From Candidatus Heimdallarchaeota archaeon (GTDB taxonomy: Archaea > Asgardarchaeota > Heimdallarchaeia > Heimdallarchaeales > Heimdallarchaeaceae): a stretch of 18,704 nt of DNA. The notes beneath the pieces were generated by a model. That model made no database searches, was not told the origin of the DNA, and saw only the letters and a list, made by a program, of their open reading frames with translations. Numbering within the stretch: the first letter of the stretch is position 1; each line of letters starts with the position of its first letter. Location of the stretch: NCBI GenBank assembly GCA_021399345.1, contig JAAFKI010000038.1, positions 1 through 18,704 of the forward strand, given 5' to 3'. Shown here piece by piece: positions 16,839 through 18,704 of this stretch. The position numbers and the translations under genes were made by a program.

Positions 16839-17891
16839 TCAAAATCTCCAATGAGCAATTAAGGCCTTCCTAACCTGTTTCAACATACTAGCAGTATGTT
16901 CTGAAGTTTCAGTTTCTTCTAATTTGTCTAAGATGTATGGTCTGTTTCCAAGCAACCCCAATATGAATTTTGAAGTTACGTCTTCTAATTGATCAAGTTT
17001 GTATCCACCTTCTAAAGTGCAAGCAATTTTACCTTCGCAACATTCTTGTGCAATTTCATTAAGAAGGTAACCGGCTGCATAAAACGCATTTGATCCAACA
17101 CTCATAACTCCGACGGGGTCTCCAGCTAAAGAATCAAAACCTACTGAAACGAGAATAAATTCAGGTTTGTATTGTCTAACTATATTCAGTGAAAAAATCA
17201 ATGCTTTCAACCAATCCATACTTTTTATTCCAGGCAGTAAAGCAACATTGACATTATACCCCTTTCCTTCTACAACACCTATCTCAGTAGGAAAACCAGA
17301 TCCCGGATAAGAGTAATTGGGATGGGCGTGCAAAGAGATGTAACAAACATCTTTACGATGATAGAAGATATGAGAGGTTCCATTTCCAAAATGATGATCG
17401 ATGTCAATAATAGCTATACGATTATAACCTTTGTATTGAATTAACCACTCTGCAGCTATAGCCACATTGTTGAAATAACAGAAACCTCCTGCTGAATTAA
17501 ACTCAGCATGATGACCAGGTGGGCGAGCAACGGCGAAACTTCTCTGAGCTTTATTTTGATCTACTAAGTCTACAGCTTGTTTGGTTGCACCAGCTGACAA
17601 CTTTGCTATATAATAAGTATGCTCATTGAGAGTTGTGTCCATTGTAATCGCACCTCCTCCAGCTTGAGAAATTGCACGAATCTTAGCAATATGGTCTGGG
17701 ACATGAACAGAAAGAATATTTTCCTCCTCTATTGGTTCAGGATCAAAAAAATCAATGGAATACTTAGATTCTTTTTCTATCTTCTTGAATGCTTTCATCA
17801 TCTCATCTAGCCTAAGGGGGGATTCTGGATGAGCTCTATCCATATCGTGTTTTTTGAATAAATCTGAATATATTACTGCTAAATCGAGCAT
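16839..17891 (-). CDS. Zn-dependent histone deacetylase-family protein (class II-like / acetylpolyamine amidohydrolase-like)
   Basis: HPESPLR, RPPGHHA, GGFCYFNN, DIDHHFGNGT, SLH, GFD and LEGGY; catalytic and Zn-binding residues are present. Confidence 0.93.
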   Translation of the reverse strand: MLDLAVIYSDLFKKHDMDRAHPESPLRLDEMMKAFKKIEKESKYSIDFFDPEPIEEENILSVHVPDHIAKIRAISQAGGGAITMDTTLNEHTYYIAKLSAGATKQAVDLVDQNKAQRSFAVARPPGHHAEFNSAGGFCYFNNVAIAAEWLIQYKGYNRIAIIDIDHHFGNGTSHIFYHRKDVCYISLHAHPNYSYPGSGFPTEIGVVEGKGYNVNVALLPGIKSMDWLKALIFSLNIVRQYKPEFILVSVGFDSLAGDPVGVMSVGSNAFYAAGYLLNEIAQECCEGKIACTLEGGYKLDQLEDVTSKFILGLLGNRPYILDKLEETETSEHTASMLKQVRKALIAHWRF

Positions 17892-18013
17892 TCTATTTTT
17901 ATGTACATCAACTCTAAATTAAGGCTTTTGTATGACAAACAAGACAAATTTATCCGAGATATTCTTCCGTATATTTTATATATCATGAGTAGAGTTGAAG
18001 TGATGTTCCAAAA

Positions 18014-18559
18014 ATGTCCTTTGTTGAATTCTTATTAGATGTTGGCTTAGCTTTTCTATTCGCAGCTCCCATAATGATTTCCAATGCCGCTCCCGCTTTA
18101 CTTGGTGGTGGTTTTCCAGTTGATTTTTACAAGAATTTCTTCGATGGAAAGAGAATTTTGGGGGATCATAAAACTATACAGGGGTTATTAACTGGAATAT
18201 TAAGTGGTTTATTTGCTAGTATTGTAGTCTTCTATCTAGCGCATGATCTTATGATTCTAAGATATGGTACATTGGGTTTACAGTACCCCATGTGGATAGG
18301 AATATTAATGGGTTGGGGAAGTAACTTTGGAGACATGTTTGGTTCTTTTATTAAAAGACGGATAAACATTCAATCTGGAGGGAGTTTTCCTGTTTTTGAC
18401 CAATCTGGATATATTCTATTTGGTTTGCTTTGGAGTTGGCCTATTTTCAAGGTTATGCCTTGGCAATTTATTGTAACAATATTGATTATTGCTCCACTTT
18501 TTCATTTGGGAGCAAACGTTCTAGCCTATTCACTAGGCGCCAAAGATGTGCCTTGGTAA
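18014..18559 (+). CDS. carS: CDP-archaeol synthase (CDP-2,3-bis-O-geranylgeranyl-sn-glycerol synthase)
   Basis: NAAP...PVD...DGKRILGDHKT.QG, GDMFGSFIKRR, P.FDQ and the terminal K.VPW motif; 181-aa membrane protein. TATA-like TTTTATATA at about 17974-17982. Confidence 0.93.
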   Translation: MSFVEFLLDVGLAFLFAAPIMISNAAPALLGGGFPVDFYKNFFDGKRILGDHKTIQGLLTGILSGLFASIVVFYLAHDLMILRYGTLGLQYPMWIGILMGWGSNFGDMFGSFIKRRINIQSGGSFPVFDQSGYILFGLLWSWPIFKVMPWQFIVTILIIAPLFHLGANVLAYSLGAKDVPW

Positions 18560-18599
18560 TTATATTTCTCTTATTGGTAGCCATTAAGTAAGATTTATA

Positions 18600-18607
18600 T
18601 TTTTTTT
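18600..18607 (+). terminator. T8 tract, likely carS terminator
   Basis: Eight consecutive T residues 40 nt after the carS stop codon. Confidence 0.5.
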
Positions 18608-18650
18608 GAGGAAGTTATTCATATGACATGAATTTTGTACAAATTCTTTA

Positions 18651-18704
18651 GAAGTGCCTGGGGCACATCACGGGGACGTCACATCCCCTCCTACCCCGCC
18701 CACA
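18651..18704 (-). ncRNA. Partial GC-rich structured RNA, possibly the 3' end of archaeal SRP (7S) RNA
   Basis: 36 of 54 bases are GC against an AT-rich background. The minus strand reads UGUGGGCGGGGUAGGAGGGGAUGUGACGUCCCC..., which resembles from memory the 3' strand of helix 5 in archaeal SRP RNA. Truncated by the window edge. Confidence 0.35.

Noticed and set aside
12605-17810. ORFs 12605-12787, 14970-15248, 15471-15902, 15954-16175 and 17619-17810
   Set aside because: Nested out-of-frame or antisense ORFs within confident genes, with no independent evidence.
18651-18704. tRNA or 5S rRNA at the window end
   Set aside because: No T-arm GTTCRA or cloverleaf, and no convincing 5S conserved motifs in the visible 54 nt.
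1-18704. CRISPR array, IS element, integrase or provirus
   Set aside because: No spaced direct repeats, transposase, integrase or viral genes were seen. The intein is the only selfish element.

Overview
AT-rich archaeal chromosomal segment of mostly housekeeping genes. carS, GINS23, Hel308, NurA/HerA and an Sm protein establish it as archaeal; Asgard affinity is plausible but is only an inference. Left to right: a 5'-truncated DUF460/COG2433 RNase H-fold protein (+); a minus-strand block transcribed as mcm -> hel308 -> gins23 -> pyrG -> nurA -> herA -> Sm/Lsm; a YdjM-like membrane hydrolase with a sequon-rich extra domain (+); a minus-strand block transcribed as HDAC-family deacetylase -> UMF1/Atg22-like MFS -> MoxR AAA+ -> vWA; carS (+); and the edge of a GC-rich structured RNA, possibly SRP RNA. 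Two features are invisible in the ORF track. First, the MoxR/vWA junction looks like a programmed -1 frameshift cassette: an A_AAA_AAA slippery heptamer, an 8-nt spacer and a hairpin matching the kink-turn consensus. It would give both a free ~296-aa ATPase and a ~637-aa ATPase-vWA fusion, possibly under L7Ae control. Second, MCM carries a 169-aa mini-intein without a homing endonuclease.
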